Below, in pieces: positions 50,150-63,363 of a DNA stretch of 64,000 nt. The position numbers were made by a program, and so were the translations under genes. Numbering within the stretch: position 1 is the first letter of the stretch; each line of letters begins with the position of its first letter. Origin of the DNA: Guillardia theta CCMP2712 (taxonomy: Eukaryota > Protista > Cryptophyta); contig NW_005434619.1 in the NCBI RefSeq assembly GCF_000315625.1, forward strand, positions 120,303-184,302, read 5' to 3'. The notes beneath the pieces were generated by a model that worked only from the letters and a program-made list of their open reading frames with translations, had not been told where the DNA came from and did not search any database.

Positions 50150-52340
50150 CTGCTCTCACAGTCCAGCAGACTCCAGTTGGTCTTCATGGTGCCTAACGAC
50201 AACCTGGGGACCGAGTTTCAACGGAGGAGGAGGAGGAGGAGGAGGAGGAGGAGGAGGAGGAGGAGGAGGAGGAGGAGGAGGAGGAGGAGGAGGAGGAGGA
50301 GAGAGGCTGTTAAGGAATATCATGTGAGATGTGTGAGAACCTTTCTTTGGTCGGAATCCCCTCCAAATTCACGTCGTCCTCATCCTCTGATCGCCTGCGT
50401 CTCTGCGTTATCTTACACCCCCTTCCTAATCCTCGACTTCTTCTCTTGCATGTCCCTTCATCCCCTCTCCCTCCTCCTCATCCACCCCCTTCTACCTGCC
50501 TCTCACCCTTACTGCTCTGCTCCACTCGTCTTCCTATCGCTACAACTTCCATCGCTACCTCATCAGCATGGGGGACAGCGACGTTCCTCTCAGCTCCTCC
50601 TCTTTGGGCAGCTGCCATGGTGTGTAGGCTCCTGCCAACTGTGATCAGGAGGAAAGGAGGAGTAAGACAAATGGCGGACTGATGTCAGCGCCAAGGTGGA
50701 CTGGGGCCCTCCCCCTGCAAGAAGTTATAAGTGCCGCGATAAGCTCAAAGCTCGATCGATGTACGTCGCGTCGTTGGATACGGGCAGGCGAAGGCTCGAC
50801 CCTCTTCTCTTCTGCATAGCAATGGTAAGTAGCAACCAAGGAGGAAGAAAACTAAATGGGGATGAAATGCGGGAAGGGCCAAAAAAGCTGCTGGAGGAAA
50901 TGGAAGGGAATGAAGGAAGAGATCGGACAAGGGAAGAGGTAGGGTAACATTGAAGAGAAGAGGCAGGATGACGCAGCAAGGCGCCACAACGTTGCTAACC
51001 TTCCCTCCCGTTGGTGACCTCCCAGAACGAGGAGATCCTACCTCCCCGCTCGTCCACAGCGAGTCGAACTCAGCCTGCATCTGTGGGTCCTTGAGCGCCG
51101 ATGAAGCCTGCAACAGCTTTGAATAGAGCAGCAGCAGCACCCGCGGCCCTTCTCACTTGCAGCGTCCTGAAGAAAGTCGCTCCTATCAGATTCTCCGACT
51201 TCTTGTATGGAATGTAGCCCATGTCTGCCAAGCACAATCATGCTCAGTTTGCCAACCAGCCCCTCAAGTCGATGACTTACAGGATGCGGAAACAACCTTA
51301 GGGTCTCTGCAGAGGTTGAGATTGTGCCTGGAAGACAAGCAGAAAGCAGTCATTCCCTGACATTCTCCATCGTTGATCAACGTACAAGTTCCATCTGCTG
51401 TATCTCGGGTCAAGGTTGTCTTTCTCCCACAGATCTCTCATCTCGTTCTGCGGGGGAAACACTTCAGAGGGAGGGGGGAGAGGGAGGAAGGGAGAGATAC
51501 AGACACAGGCAGGCAGGCAGGCAGACAGACAGGCAGGCAGGCAGGAAGGCAGGCAGGCAGGCAGGCAGGCAGTAGTCTGAGAGGAAAGCAAGCAGCACAT
51601 CTTGGATTTCATGGTCGATAGACTTGCTTGTCCGGAAGCCAGTGGATTCCCAGCTCTGTAAATGACACTTGGTGAGCAAGAATACTCAAGTGCAGGATGG
51701 AAACGGACAGGTCAGGTCAGGTCAGGTCAGGTCAGGTCAGGTCAGGTCAGATCAGGGCAGGACAGGACAGGAAACGGCAGGGCAGGACAGGACAGGAAAC
51801 GACAGGAAAAGAAAGGAGACAGGGCAGGACACCCTAAGAGCCATTGTGGAAACATGCGTCATTCACCTGTGAACTCCCTCTTGTTCGCTGCAGCTGGGTT
51901 GCTTCCATAGCCTTGGCCCAAGTGCTTCCATACGCGTTGTTCGACACGTATCTTGAGCAAACAAGCAGTCAGTGGACCCTTGTCGTTGCCCTCCCACCTC
52001 CTCCATTGCTCACCCAGGTACGAACCCGGCGTATCCAACCATCCTCCTACCAACACTGTGAGCATCAGCTGAGCAGCAAACAAAAACATCTCCATCGACC
52101 TCTCGCCCGTCATCACCGTCCCTTGGCTGCTGCAGGGTGAGTGACTGGAGAAGGAGCAAGCAGTGAAGACCTGGAGGCCGAGAACGAGCTCCTCCTCGGA
52201 GACCAGGGGAGCGATCGAGCGCCCACTCTCTCAGAGTCGAACCGCGGAGTCACCATAGTGCGATGCCTGAACCAACAAGCCTCAGCAGCGACTCGATGAA
52301 ATGTTCTCCCCACTTTTCTGGGAACATGTAATGGAGCCAC
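50150..52340 (-). CDS. Multi-exon hypothetical protein
   Basis: In-frame spliceable exons (NEMRDLWEKDNLDPRYSRWNL|WHNLNLCRDPKVVSAS|YMGYIPYKKSENLIGATFFRTLQ|ASSALKDPQMQAEFDSLW) with canonical GT-AG introns. Family not recognised. Confidence 0.5.
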
Positions 52341-53443
52341 GTCAAGTTAGGAGCGACAAACCTCAAAACACGCACCACTACATTCATCATCGCTACATCG
52401 CCCTCTCATTCCTGTCAGTCATGTGCTCTCTCATCTTACCCTACCCTGCCCGGTCTTCCTCCCCCCCCCCCTTTCCTNNNNNNNNNNNNNNNNNNNNNNN
52501 NNNNNNNNNNNNNNNNNNNNNNNNNNNNNNNNNNNNNNNNNNNNNNNNNNNNNNNNNNNNNNNNNNNNNNNNNNNNNTCCTCCTCCTCCTCCTCCTCCTC
52601 CTCTCCTCCTCCTCCTCCTCCTCCTCCTCCTCCTCCTCCTCCTCCTCCTCCTCCTCCTCCTCTGCATCCTCCTCCTCCTCCTCCTCCTCCTCCTCCTCCT
52701 CCTCCTCCTCTGCATCCTCCTCCTCCTCCTCCTCCTCCTCCTCCTCTGCATCCTAGCTCCTCAACTGCCGCCATCGCTATACGCATCCTTGGATTGACAT
52801 ATGTCTAAACCACCCCACCTAGTACCCCCAAGATTAAACTGACCTCCACCCTTTGACTGGAACATATTGGTACCCCTACCCTCCATATATCCCATTTCGA
52901 GCAGGAAAGATACCCCGTTGAAAGTACCATTATTTTCAAGTACCCCGTCATCGACGCGATTGCCCCACCCTCACCCACCTTTCAACGCATTCTCCTCTTT
53001 TTTTCTTTGTTCTTCCAACACCGGTACTTCCGTCCACAAAAAACCAGACGGGTGTGGATTGTTTTTTTTTGGTAATTTAAGTACCGGTACTTCTTCCTTC
53101 CCTTCCTATACCACCCACCCCTACGATTGAGGCAGGATGCAGGTTTTACAAGAACTTTCCTCAATCTGTTCTGCCCCGACGCGTCATGCCTGTCTGCTAG
53201 TCCTCCTACCCTGCCTCCTCCTCCTCCTCCTCCTCCTGCCGCCGCCTCCGCTATTGATCTCGCTGCTCCACATCTCCCTGCTCACCTTGCCTCCTCCCTG
53301 AAGTCCATCTGATCCCTCTCGCTGTCTCCTGGGCTGCTTCCTGAGCCCTCCTATCCCTCCCAGTTCGCTCCCTCCTCGTACACCGAGCATCCTCTACCCC
53401 ACAAACGTCGTCCTGGTTAGCGACACAACTTCACTCTGTCCCC

Positions 53444-56122
53444 ATGGCTGGCTTTCTCGGTCGGCTGTCGCAAGGAATGGGAGGAGGGTCCCAGGAGGAG
53501 GAGGACATCAATGCCCCGATAACCTTCAGCCGCGCAAGGGCCCATCCTCCTCTGTCGTCCAACGTCGGCACCTTTGGCAGCACAGACACGGGGCTTCGGA
53601 GGAACTGGGTGACTGGCTATGTTTCCCCATGATGTTGCATGCGAGTCGCCGCTCCCTCCTTTCTCGCTCCCTCCCTCCTTTCTCGCTCCCTCCCTCCTTT
53701 CTCCCTCCCTCCCTCCTTTCTCCCTCCCTCCTTTCTCCCTCCGTCCCTCTTTTTTCCCTCCCTCCTTTCTCCCTCCCTCCTTTCTCCCTCCCTCCTTTCT
53801 CCCTCCCTCCTTGCTCCCTCCCTCCTTTCTCCCTCCCTCCCTCCCTCGTAGTTTCTTTCATGCTTGTTCTTCGCTTTCTCATTGCCCTGCCCCCACCCCC
53901 TCGTAATCCCACATGCAGGTTGAGGGCAGCTGGGCATCAGGCTCTCGCTACGGCCGCCTGGAGAAGGCGCCCTCTAGACCGTTTCTCAGCATAATCCTCA
54001 TCTCCGCCTTCTTCATCTTCGCCATGGTGGCATCTATCATGTGGTATGACGGCAAGGATCAGTTCAACCTCAACAACATGCTCCCCTGGTCCACCGGGGG
54101 AAGGGGCAGCGGATCTCGCCCGTCGGCGGGGTCTGGTAGAGCACGAGGGAGGGGAGAGACGAGACGAGGTGCGAGCAGGGTTCCTGCCCTTGTGCCGATG
54201 CAAAGTGACTCGACTTGTCCAGTGGAAGAAGCGAACGAGAAGCTGAAGTTCAAGTACCATGAGGCTCTCAGAGACGTCAGAGGACTGGAGAGCAAAGTGA
54301 GCCGGGTGGAGGAGAGAATCTGATTGAGGAGGAGAGGCTCTGGTCGGCGGCTGACGAGGACGGGGCAGGTTGGGGAGCTGGAGCATCTGGCAAGGGAAAA
54401 CTCGCGCAAGGTGCAACACACGACTCGGGGGGGGCAGGACGGGGCCCTTGTGGAGGAAAAGCTCAAGTATGAGGCAGCTGAGCGAGAGGTAGATGCCCTG
54501 GAGAGCAAGGTAGAGGGAGGGGAGGATCGAGGACGTCAGGCTGGTGACTCGAGCAGGTGGAGAAGCTAGAGAGAGAGGCGTTGAAGCAGAAGATGAGCAT
54601 GCGACAAGGGCAGGTTGGCAACTTATCTCCCTCCTCCTCCTCCTCCCCCTCCTCCTCCCCCTCCTCCTCCTCCTCCTCCTCCTCCATCGTGACATCCTCC
54701 CTCCTGAGTCTGCGTCATCCGGGTCGTTGAAACTAGCATCCTCATAAGGAGCATCTTGCCCTTGAACGCTTCTCCCCGCCGTCCTTGTTCCTCGCTGCTC
54801 CGTTGCATCTTGCGACTGACCCGCTGCCAACTCACAGGCCAGCGACCTGGGGCGGGCGAGCAAAGAGATCTCAAACCTGCAGGTGTAAAACTCTCAGTCC
54901 ACCAACGGTTGTTCACCCTTCCCCCACCAGGACACCATGGAGCGGCTGGAGGAGCTCGAGGCTCGAAGGAGCAGGGTAGCTGATCCCGAGCTGGGCTGAA
55001 GCATGGGCTCTGCCTGACCGTAGTGCTGAGCAGGAGCAGAGGATGTCGGAGAAGCAGATCGCAGCGCTGGAGAAGGAGAACGAGCAGCTTGAGGTGAGGA
55101 GGGAGTGGAGGGAACCACGGGACATGACGAGCACCTCGGTCCAGCTGAGCTTGGAAGATCGAGAGCAGGACAAGTGAGTCACCTGCAGGAGGCCAGCACA
55201 TCGTCTGAGTGATCCCCTGCTGCAGGCAAGAGATTAAGGCGCTCACAGACAAGGTCGAGGAGCTCTCAAGGTGGGGACGAGGGCAAGCGGCCGTTCCTCC
55301 GCCTCCTTGACTGCCGGCCAGGAACTCGGCGGCTGCTCGCAGGAGTCGGGAGAGTGGAGAGATCAAGAAGATCGAGGAGGCAATCAAGGCGCATCTGAAA
55401 ACAGAGGAGGACAGGTAAAAAGCCGTTGACATTGTCTCTGTTCGTCGTTCTTCTACTTCCTTTCTCCCGTTCACATCGCTTGTTCCCCCTCCTGAAGCTC
55501 TTCACAAGGGTTGCCAAGCTTACGAGGCAGCAAATCAAGCTCAAGGCCGAGCTGGAGGCGGCGAGGGCAGAGGCCCAGCAGTACAGAAAGCCTCAACCAG
55601 CTCCAAGGAGGAAGCGCGCGCAATCCTCTCTGCATCTTGGCCCATCGAACGATCTTGAGAGCACAGGCAAACGTTTGAGCTATGCGGATGAGGTGCAGGT
55701 ATACCTACTCTCCCTCCTTCCTGCCTTCGGATGATCCGTGTGGTGACAGCAAAAGGAGAAGAAGGAAGAGGAGAACATCTCGAGGCAGGTGTGAAACGAA
55801 GTCCTGTCGCCAGCGCAAGCCCTCTAACGCTCCTGGCAGGCGTCGAGGATGATGAATCACAGGGAGGAAGAAAGAGGGCTGGACAAGCGTCATCGCAAAA
55901 TGCTGGAGGTTAGGAAGAGGGTCGACGTCTGATCTAACAGGAAGAGTCAGGACATGGAAAGGAGCCAGGAGATGCGCGACAGGACGGCGGATCAAGCAGC
56001 CGACAGGTTCCACTCCTCGCCACGCTGCTTCCCCGTGCCTGACATGCCGTGCAAGGGATCTCAAGGTCAGGGAGAAGGAGATCGACAAGCTACTGGGCAC
56101 CAACACCAACTGCCCCGGGTGA
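53444..56122 (+). CDS. Type II single-pass membrane protein with a long coiled coil (multi-exon)
   Basis: TM segment FLSIILISAFFIFAMVASIMW followed by heptad-rich exons (KYHEALRDVRGLESK; KYEAAEREVDALESK; KLKAELEAARAEAQ). Last exon DLKVREKEIDKLLGTNTNCPG*. Confidence 0.7.
53650..53845. repeat. 15-bp pyrimidine minisatellite (CCCTCCCTCCTTTCT), intronic
   Basis: Tandem imperfect copies directly visible. Confidence 0.85.
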
Positions 56123-57226
56123 GATGAGCACGAGGATGAGATCCGAGCATCTGCTATGCTAACATTGGTCTACAAGGCCGGACTGCATGACCAAGAAGGT
56201 CGACCCCTCGATAGTTCAGGTTGCCATTTCAGAGGAGGTTGAAAGGGAATTCTTACTTTAACTCAAGGCAACGGACTATGCCAGGTCAAGATTCGCCTCC
56301 GGAGGAAAGCTCCGCTTTCAGTAGAATGGATTTTAATCATCCACAAATTGAATTTTCGTTTGCCGCAAAGCTTGTTTGCGTGTCGGGTTAGCTTGAGATG
56401 TCGCAGATCATCGACTCTCCGGGTTAGACTTACCATGAGGCGACTCTCGAGGGTGGACTTACCATGAAGATGGTTCAAATTGTCGTCTTGGTGTTGGTTT
56501 CCGGGACTTACCATGAAGTGGCATGGATGAGTAGAGATGGCGGCGGATGAGGATGAGAAGAATGATGGAGCATCGGAGTGGTGAAACTTGACAAATGAGC
56601 TTAGAGATCAGCGATGAGGACGAGTCTTGACTCTAGAAAAAAGCAGATGCTATGTTAGTACTTACGCGAAGAGCGTGGAAGGTATGGATGCGCTTCAAAA
56701 ACTTGATCCCGACTGTCAAAAACTAGGCTTGAGCCTTGCCCAGCGAGAAGTGTCGCGCTTGTATCAATCGAGCCCTTGCAACAGTGTTCCTGAAGTCTCG
56801 GTGTATGGTTGTTAACTTAAATCATCTTGGTAAGGTTTGCTATTAAATCATCTTGGTAAGGTTTGCTTGGCAGGTTCCATTTGGTGGAGTCTTGGCAAGA
56901 CTGGAATGGTTAACAGAACAGGATGTAAATGTTGGTGGGAGAGGTGTTTTGGGGGATTATTAACGACGAGAAGAAAATTAAGAGGGAGGGAAGGAACACA
57001 ATCCGAACAAATGTTCGTCAAGGGGCGACACGGTGGACCAAACTGAAGCCAGAGCACATGAACATTAATCTGCGACCTTCTGTATCATCATCCAGATTTT
57101 CCTCTGTCCCATGTGATCTATGGATCAACAATTCTGAGATCTCTGAGACGTAAACTCTCAATCAAGTAGAATTTCCGTCCCAGTAGAGTTGAATTCTTGC
57201 TCACTGGAGCAGTGAGGGATTCGAAT

Positions 57227-58733
57227 TCACTTCTTGTGGAGAGAGTTCATATGGTTCCTCACTCCCGTGTCAAAGGAGTCCCTCTCGTACCAATGCTGAG
57301 CATTGCGACACCCCTGACCAGACTGATTGCCCCCGTCTGACCGACCAGACTTCAGGCAATCACAGCATAGGGGGCACCACACCCATTGATGTCTGTCACT
57401 GCAGGCAACTGTTAAGTGGCCCCTTTTGTGAGCGACTCGGTGAACTTCCTTGGAGCAGGCACTGCCATTCTTCTTGCTGAAAAACTTACAGCAAGACAGG
57501 ATGCGGCACTGAACCGAATTTCTCTCCGTCGCCTGCTTCTTCGTCACGATCTGTCCATTCCTCGCAAAGTTGCCTTCTGGTGATCTGCGCTTTGCACAAT
57601 GTCCGATAGGGGGTCCATAATTCTGAACCTGAATCGGAAAATGCGCTGAACTATGGTTGAAGAGGATTCTGTGATCATCTCCATCAAACGGGCCTCCAGG
57701 TGTCGGACTGGTAGGTTTTGCATAACACATCTGAATGATGAGGTGAGGACAAGACAAACAGGCAAGACATAATTCAAACCTCTCTCACCCTCCAAATGTT
57801 TGCGGAAGGCTCATCGTGTTCCGTCAGCTTCGTGCTGTGCCTCGACTTGGCTTCGGAGAGCTTGTACCAGCTGTTGCAATTTACAGGTTGTTTCGGGGTT
57901 TCACTCTGTGCTTTCACTGTCGCACACTTTTTCTCACGCTGATTCTCGTCCTGTTTTGTACTTCCGATGAGCTGATCATAAGTTGTACTCTCAGATTTGA
58001 TATCGTTGTAGATCTGTTGAATTGTCAACGAAACTCATCAAGCGATGATTCCTTAACACAAGATACCTTCTGGAAAATGTCTTGTTGGCAGTAATCATCC
58101 GACACATCCACGAAGGGACCATGCGATTCTCCTGCGTTGACATTGTCGGCCTTCACATATGGGGAAGACCGCTGGACATCTTGACGGCAACCCAGCTCGT
58201 GGAAACAGAAGTTGACAGTCAAGCCGTCCGTTTTGCTGGAAAGGGGATGGTCTTGAAAGTTGATGTTCAGGTCATCGTTCGACAAGAGAAGTTCTTCCGC
58301 ACACAAGTTTGAGTCCGGGTGGAGGGGAGACAGCATTATCTGCTCCATCCTGAATGTACGAGCCGTCCAATGTACAGTGCCTCTGCAGCACGAGGATAAC
58401 CTATCTGTATCCTATCCAGTTCCGAGGAACAAATCAGACCGATTCGCTAATCCACATGAAAGACGATTTGAACTCCCAGAGCAGAACAGCGCCAGAAAAA
58501 ACGATACAATCACTTCCGCAGATCCGAGGAATGGGAACGGGAACAATGTGCTTGTTGACAGTCACAAGTTACTAGACCCCAAAGACCTCCACTGCTCCGT
58601 TTTGTCTTACGCTTGACGGTGGAGGCAGAACACACTATGATCTGCGAACTTCCACGTTTCCTCTGCTCGGGGTCGCTACCCACTCTTCCTCTTCCTCTTC
58701 CGCTCCTGTGCCTCTCTACAACAGCGCTTCCAT
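57227..58733 (-). CDS. Hypothetical protein with a C-terminal Cys/His-rich (putative zinc-binding) domain; boundaries approximate
   Basis: CRILSCCK...HRVAHKRGH...HQWVWCPLCCDC...CRNAQHWY...NHMNSLH, preceded by Ser/Asp-rich exons. Confidence 0.5.
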
Positions 58734-60601
58734 GGTGAGGGAGATTGCGTATCAGGTGGATTTGGGGGTGGGTGGACCAACAGATAAATTACAGGTGGGT
58801 CCTTCCAAAACTTTGTAAAAGAGGGGTGGGGGTGGAGCAGCTCAATTTGTTTTGGGTCGTTGGTGAGCAGAAAAAGGTGAAGGTGGGGTGGGTGTAAAGT
58901 TAGGGAAGAATGGGCCGAGAACAGACAATTTGAATAACTTTTTCGCAATTTTGACCAAATTTTGTGATCATACTTGTATGAAGATAGAATACTTTTGAAT
59001 TTTATAATCAAATTTCAATGTTTAGCTCTAAAACTGATAAACCAGGTAGGGGTCAATTCAACCAGACATTTCGGTCATGTTCAACCACAACAAGAGGGGT
59101 CGGGTGGGTGTACACGTGTCTCATTTGAAAGGGTAGGTCAGACATAATATAGGGAGGGGTGGATTGGGAAGGGGTAGGGTCAATTTAAGGGCAGTGGGAA
59201 GGACGGGTGCCTTCTGATACGACCCTTGTAGCACCTGTGTCTTAGGTACCTACCAACTTTGGATCGAATACAACCAATGAGTGTAGGAGGTCGTAGGATG
59301 CCTATGTTGGACGGAGTCGTTTCCGGTGTGAGGAAGGTCGTAGTGAAGGTACTAGGTTATTGTGAGGAGGGAGCAAGCCTCCTAAAAATAATTTAAACTC
59401 TTTTTATGAATAAATCCTTTTAAATTCGAGGGTTTTTTAATAAGGGTCATATCGGTTAATATGCACCCACAATCCAACACTACCCTTGTTACACCGGTAA
59501 AGTGAGGGGTGATACCAAGAAGCATTGCGGGTAGATTAATAAGCTAGTACTGAATTTGAAAAGGTGTAGTTTCGCCCAAACAGGCTGCATGATCCATGTC
59601 ATCGTCACGTTGTTCACACGGACCAACCATGCCATTGCCCAACAGTCAAAAGAGCTGACTGAAAGCGAAAATGGCAGGTCCGACGGTCACTTTCAAGTTG
59701 GTTCAGTCGGAGGCTCGTTCCGAACTCGGCTGCCACTCCGAGTACCTACGGCCCACGGTGTGACCGACCCGGCACCGCCGGGCCGGCCGCGCGGCCGGCC
59801 ACTGAGGGCACTCCCGGGCCGGGCCGCGAGCCGGGGCCCCCGGCCGGCGGCGGTCCCGGAGTCGGCCACGTTGAACGGTCCGATCAACGGTCACGGCGGT
59901 CCGATCTGGAACCACTGGCAGCCTGGGCTGACTTTGAACTGACTCGGCGTCCTCGGCCCGGAGCATGAGACTGAGAGTCATGGCACAGTACCGTGAACTA
60001 CTGCTGACTCTCCGAGGCTGGGTACGGTCACTGTCAAATCACAGCCTGATCGGACGGTGCTGGCCGGGCCGCCGGGCCCAACACGGCGCGGCCGAGTTAC
60101 CGTACCGTACCGTACCCGGTGACCTCACGTCACCGCGTGACTATGATACTAGCGTGCAACCGTTCAACGGTTCGGAACGGACTGTGAGTGACCGGGAAGT
60201 GATCGGATGATCGGATGGCGTCGGTGAGAGTCATCCGATGATCTCTATCGCCCCGCCGCGCGGCCGCGGACTTGAACCCCCGGCCCGGTGACGCCGCCGC
60301 CGCCGGGGTGAGTACTACCGGCCGCCGGGCGCGCGGCGGCCGGGCCCGCTAGTAGGCCGCCGCCGGGCCGCCGCCGCCGCTGGCCCGGCGGCCTCGGAGC
60401 GGCGGATCATGAGTCTCAGGCTACTTGAGTCAGTGATGACCGGACTGTGAGCTCGGAGCCTGGAGCGCGCACTGCGCCGCCACGCCGGCACAGCCTGAGC
60501 CGCACTGCGCGGCCCAGCCGCTATGGACTCCACTGAACTTCCGTACTCGACTTGACTTGCAACGTGAGTTCAAATCAATTCTAAGTACATGTCTGATTGA
60601 T

Positions 60602-61527
60602 CTACTTCTTGGACGGCTTTGCCTGATTGGCCGCCTCATCTTCCTGAGATTCGAGGGGAAAGTGTCAATTCCGGCAGATAAGAATTATCTTGCAACGACC
60701 TGGTTTCGTGGATCATTAGGGTCGTTCTTGTCCCAGAATTCCTCCTTGCCAGCTCCACAGATGGGGCACCTGCGCAACACAGCGGGGAAACTAGTGAACA
60801 CGCGTCGCGAGTAGTTCAGCTCAGACATACTTGAACTTGTCGGGAAAGAATTTTCCCTCGCGTCCCCTTGCTGGCATCATCTCATATCCGCATCCACCGC
60901 AAGCGAAGACATGCTGCAGCACTGTCATTTGAACGTCACAACAACGATCAAAATAAACTTACCAGCTCTTCGAGCTCCTGATCTGTCTGTGGAATGTACT
61001 TCGTGTCTTTGTTGTCAAGAATACTCCTGCCCTCCATCTGCATGCAGCTCTCACGCAAGTAGCAATCTTGCTTGTTTCCTGACCTTCTGCTTCACCATCT
61101 TCAAGACGGTCAGTCCCCCGATCACTGCCACCCAGAACGGCGCTTGTCCCATTCCAGCAGTGTTGACGGTTAGACCTCCAATCTTCTTCTCGACGACTTC
61201 CTCCTGTACCTGAAACGCAAGAGGGAGTGAGGAATTGCTGGTCGACCTCGATTTTCTTCTTACCTCCGTCTTTGCCATGAGGTGAACGTTCTCAAGCTTC
61301 ATTGGTACCTCAATGAGGACCTTCTGGCCATGGCCAAGCCTCATCTGCACACCTGGTCGCGTTACTCCCCGTTGTGCATTCCTCAAAGGCAATCCCGTGC
61401 TTGGTCCTATGTCAAACTCATAAGGGACTGTGCTGCAGGGAACAATGAAGACTTCACCGTTGATCACAAAGGCACTTGTCGTGCTGATTGACAATACTGA
61501 AAGTATCAAACATGATCTGCAGAGCAT
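60602..61527 (-). CDS. Plastid-targeted rubredoxin-like protein with one TM helix (about 7 exons)
   Basis: Signal peptide + SAF motif (MLCRSCLILSVLSISTTSA-FV). TM APFWVAVIGGLTVL. Spliced rubredoxin knuckles HVFACGGCGYEMMPARGREGKFFPDKFK|CPICGAGKEEF. Stop TAG at 60602. Confidence 0.85.
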
Positions 61528-63363
61528 GATTGTTCTGACCAGAACATGATGTCAGGATGTTTCAGAGAGCACGATACACTCGCGATACACTCTCGATTCA
61601 AACGTCACAATGACCATCCTTACTCTAGTATCTACCTCTTACAGAAAACACCCATTGATGATGTACTCATCATAGTCCCTCATAAAATGTATCGTTATCT
61701 AACATTTCAAAAGATGGTTCTCATTCTCAGTCTCACGTATAATCATCTCCACAGAAGACGACTTACATCCTCAGAATACATGATCCTCAATATCAAACAC
61801 AAGAGATTCGAACAGGGGCAGGCAAAACATCATTTAGATATTGCATGGAACAACTGTCAAAAGTAACAAGACATCGATACACCTTGAGACTACTTCGAGG
61901 AGGATCGCGACAAATCCTTGTGCTCTCTAGCTCTGTTCTTCACCTGCCATCCTTCATCCATTGCTCTAATTTCATTCCTCTACCTACACCTGTCATCTTC
62001 TCTCCTCCGCCACAACAATCATTGCGTTGCCATGCTGCACGGCGGCCGCCGGCGCCCATTTCATTAGCTAGCTGTCAGGCCAGGCGATGTATCGATTGTT
62101 CTGGTCACCCCCACCCCCTCCAACCTACCCTCAATAGAGCCGGCCCCCACCCAGCCTTTGATACTACCCCACCCCCTTCTGGATAAACCACCCACCCCAT
62201 TAAAAATACACCCCCGTCATTCCATGAATTTCACCCCTCCAGCCCCTGATATCGCATCGAGCTACCACCCCCTGACCCGTGCAGACTAAAACGGAAGTTG
62301 TTAGATAGAAGTTACGGCCTATCGGTAGCTGCAGTACCAAGCCAGAATTGCATTACAATACAATTTAAATATAATAATATAATTATCAGTACTTATAATG
62401 GAGGACTGAATTTGCTCGTACTAATATTGCTTAAAATATTGTAACCGATTCTACTGACCTCAATGAATGACCCTCCTCACTAGCACAAGAATTCACTCCA
62501 ATCCAAGTACCCCTACCTCCTGGAAAGTCAAGCCCAAAGTTCTACTACCCCTCAAGGTCTATTGACAACCTTGGGTGGAGAACAACCCTACCCCACAGGC
62601 TAGGCGTTGTGTGGGGACTACCCCCTGTTACAGATCACCACGCCCTACCGCAACATGCCGCATCCAGTTCTTTTAGGGGCTGCCCTAGTCGCATGTTTGG
62701 GAAAGAATGGGAAGACAGAGAAGAGGCAGCGTAGAAGCTCACATCGTGTAATGCAGAGAATCGGCAACTCTAAAATTTGTCTTGCTGTGGGAAAAGGTGC
62801 ACGGTCAGAAGTTTAAAGAGCTGCGGCTCATGTCAGATTTGCGCTGGTTTACAGCTGTTGTCTCTAGTCTAGCAGCAACAATGCATTTTCAGACTAAAGG
62901 AGTAGTGAGTGCAATGAGTTATAGATGGGTGGCATTCGCTTATCTCGAGGTTTCAGATCAAGATTTTTGCCATGTTCAAAGGTGTAGATAACTGCTGTAT
63001 GCATCTCATATGATTGCCCCAGAACAATCAAAGAGGGTTCTGCAAAACAGATTAGGAAAGGGCTTTGCAAACTCACAAGATGAAAATTTCTGAAGGATTT
63101 CAGTTTAACTGTTATAGAATTTTGTGTAATCCTCGCGTGGTAAAACTTGACATTTTTCCTGCAGCATCAAGTTGCCTGTGTATGAGGGTGTCTTCGACCG
63201 GAAGATCGCGCTTCGTTTTTACGTTTTGTCAAGTTCTGACCAATCAACGGCATACAACCTTGGAGCCCCTGGCATAGCCTTTGGATGTCTTGGTGACAGA
63301 TCAAACAGATTTTTTTGCTTTTCTCGCCTGCATAACCTGTATGAACTGCGCTAGGACTCTATC

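Noticed and set aside
51600-52116. Aldo-keto reductase-like words (GWLDTPGSY...KRE..VFLLTK)
   Set aside because: Downstream AKR motifs (DLYLxH, IGVSN) are not found, so the similarity is too weak to call.
56427-56516. U1 snRNA (ACTTACC 5' end)
   Set aside because: It does not continue as ACTTACCTGG, and no U1 stem-loops or Sm site are evident.
59556-60639. GC-rich ORFs within the CCGG islands (also 8899-9320, 18000-18363 and 24967-25610)
   Set aside because: Arg/Pro/Gly/Ala-rich ORFs occur on both strands as expected from composition, with no motifs or splice structure.
62690-63354. Possible small + strand gene upstream of the Mpv17-like gene
   Set aside because: Some intron-like signals, but no confident reading frame or domain could be assembled.
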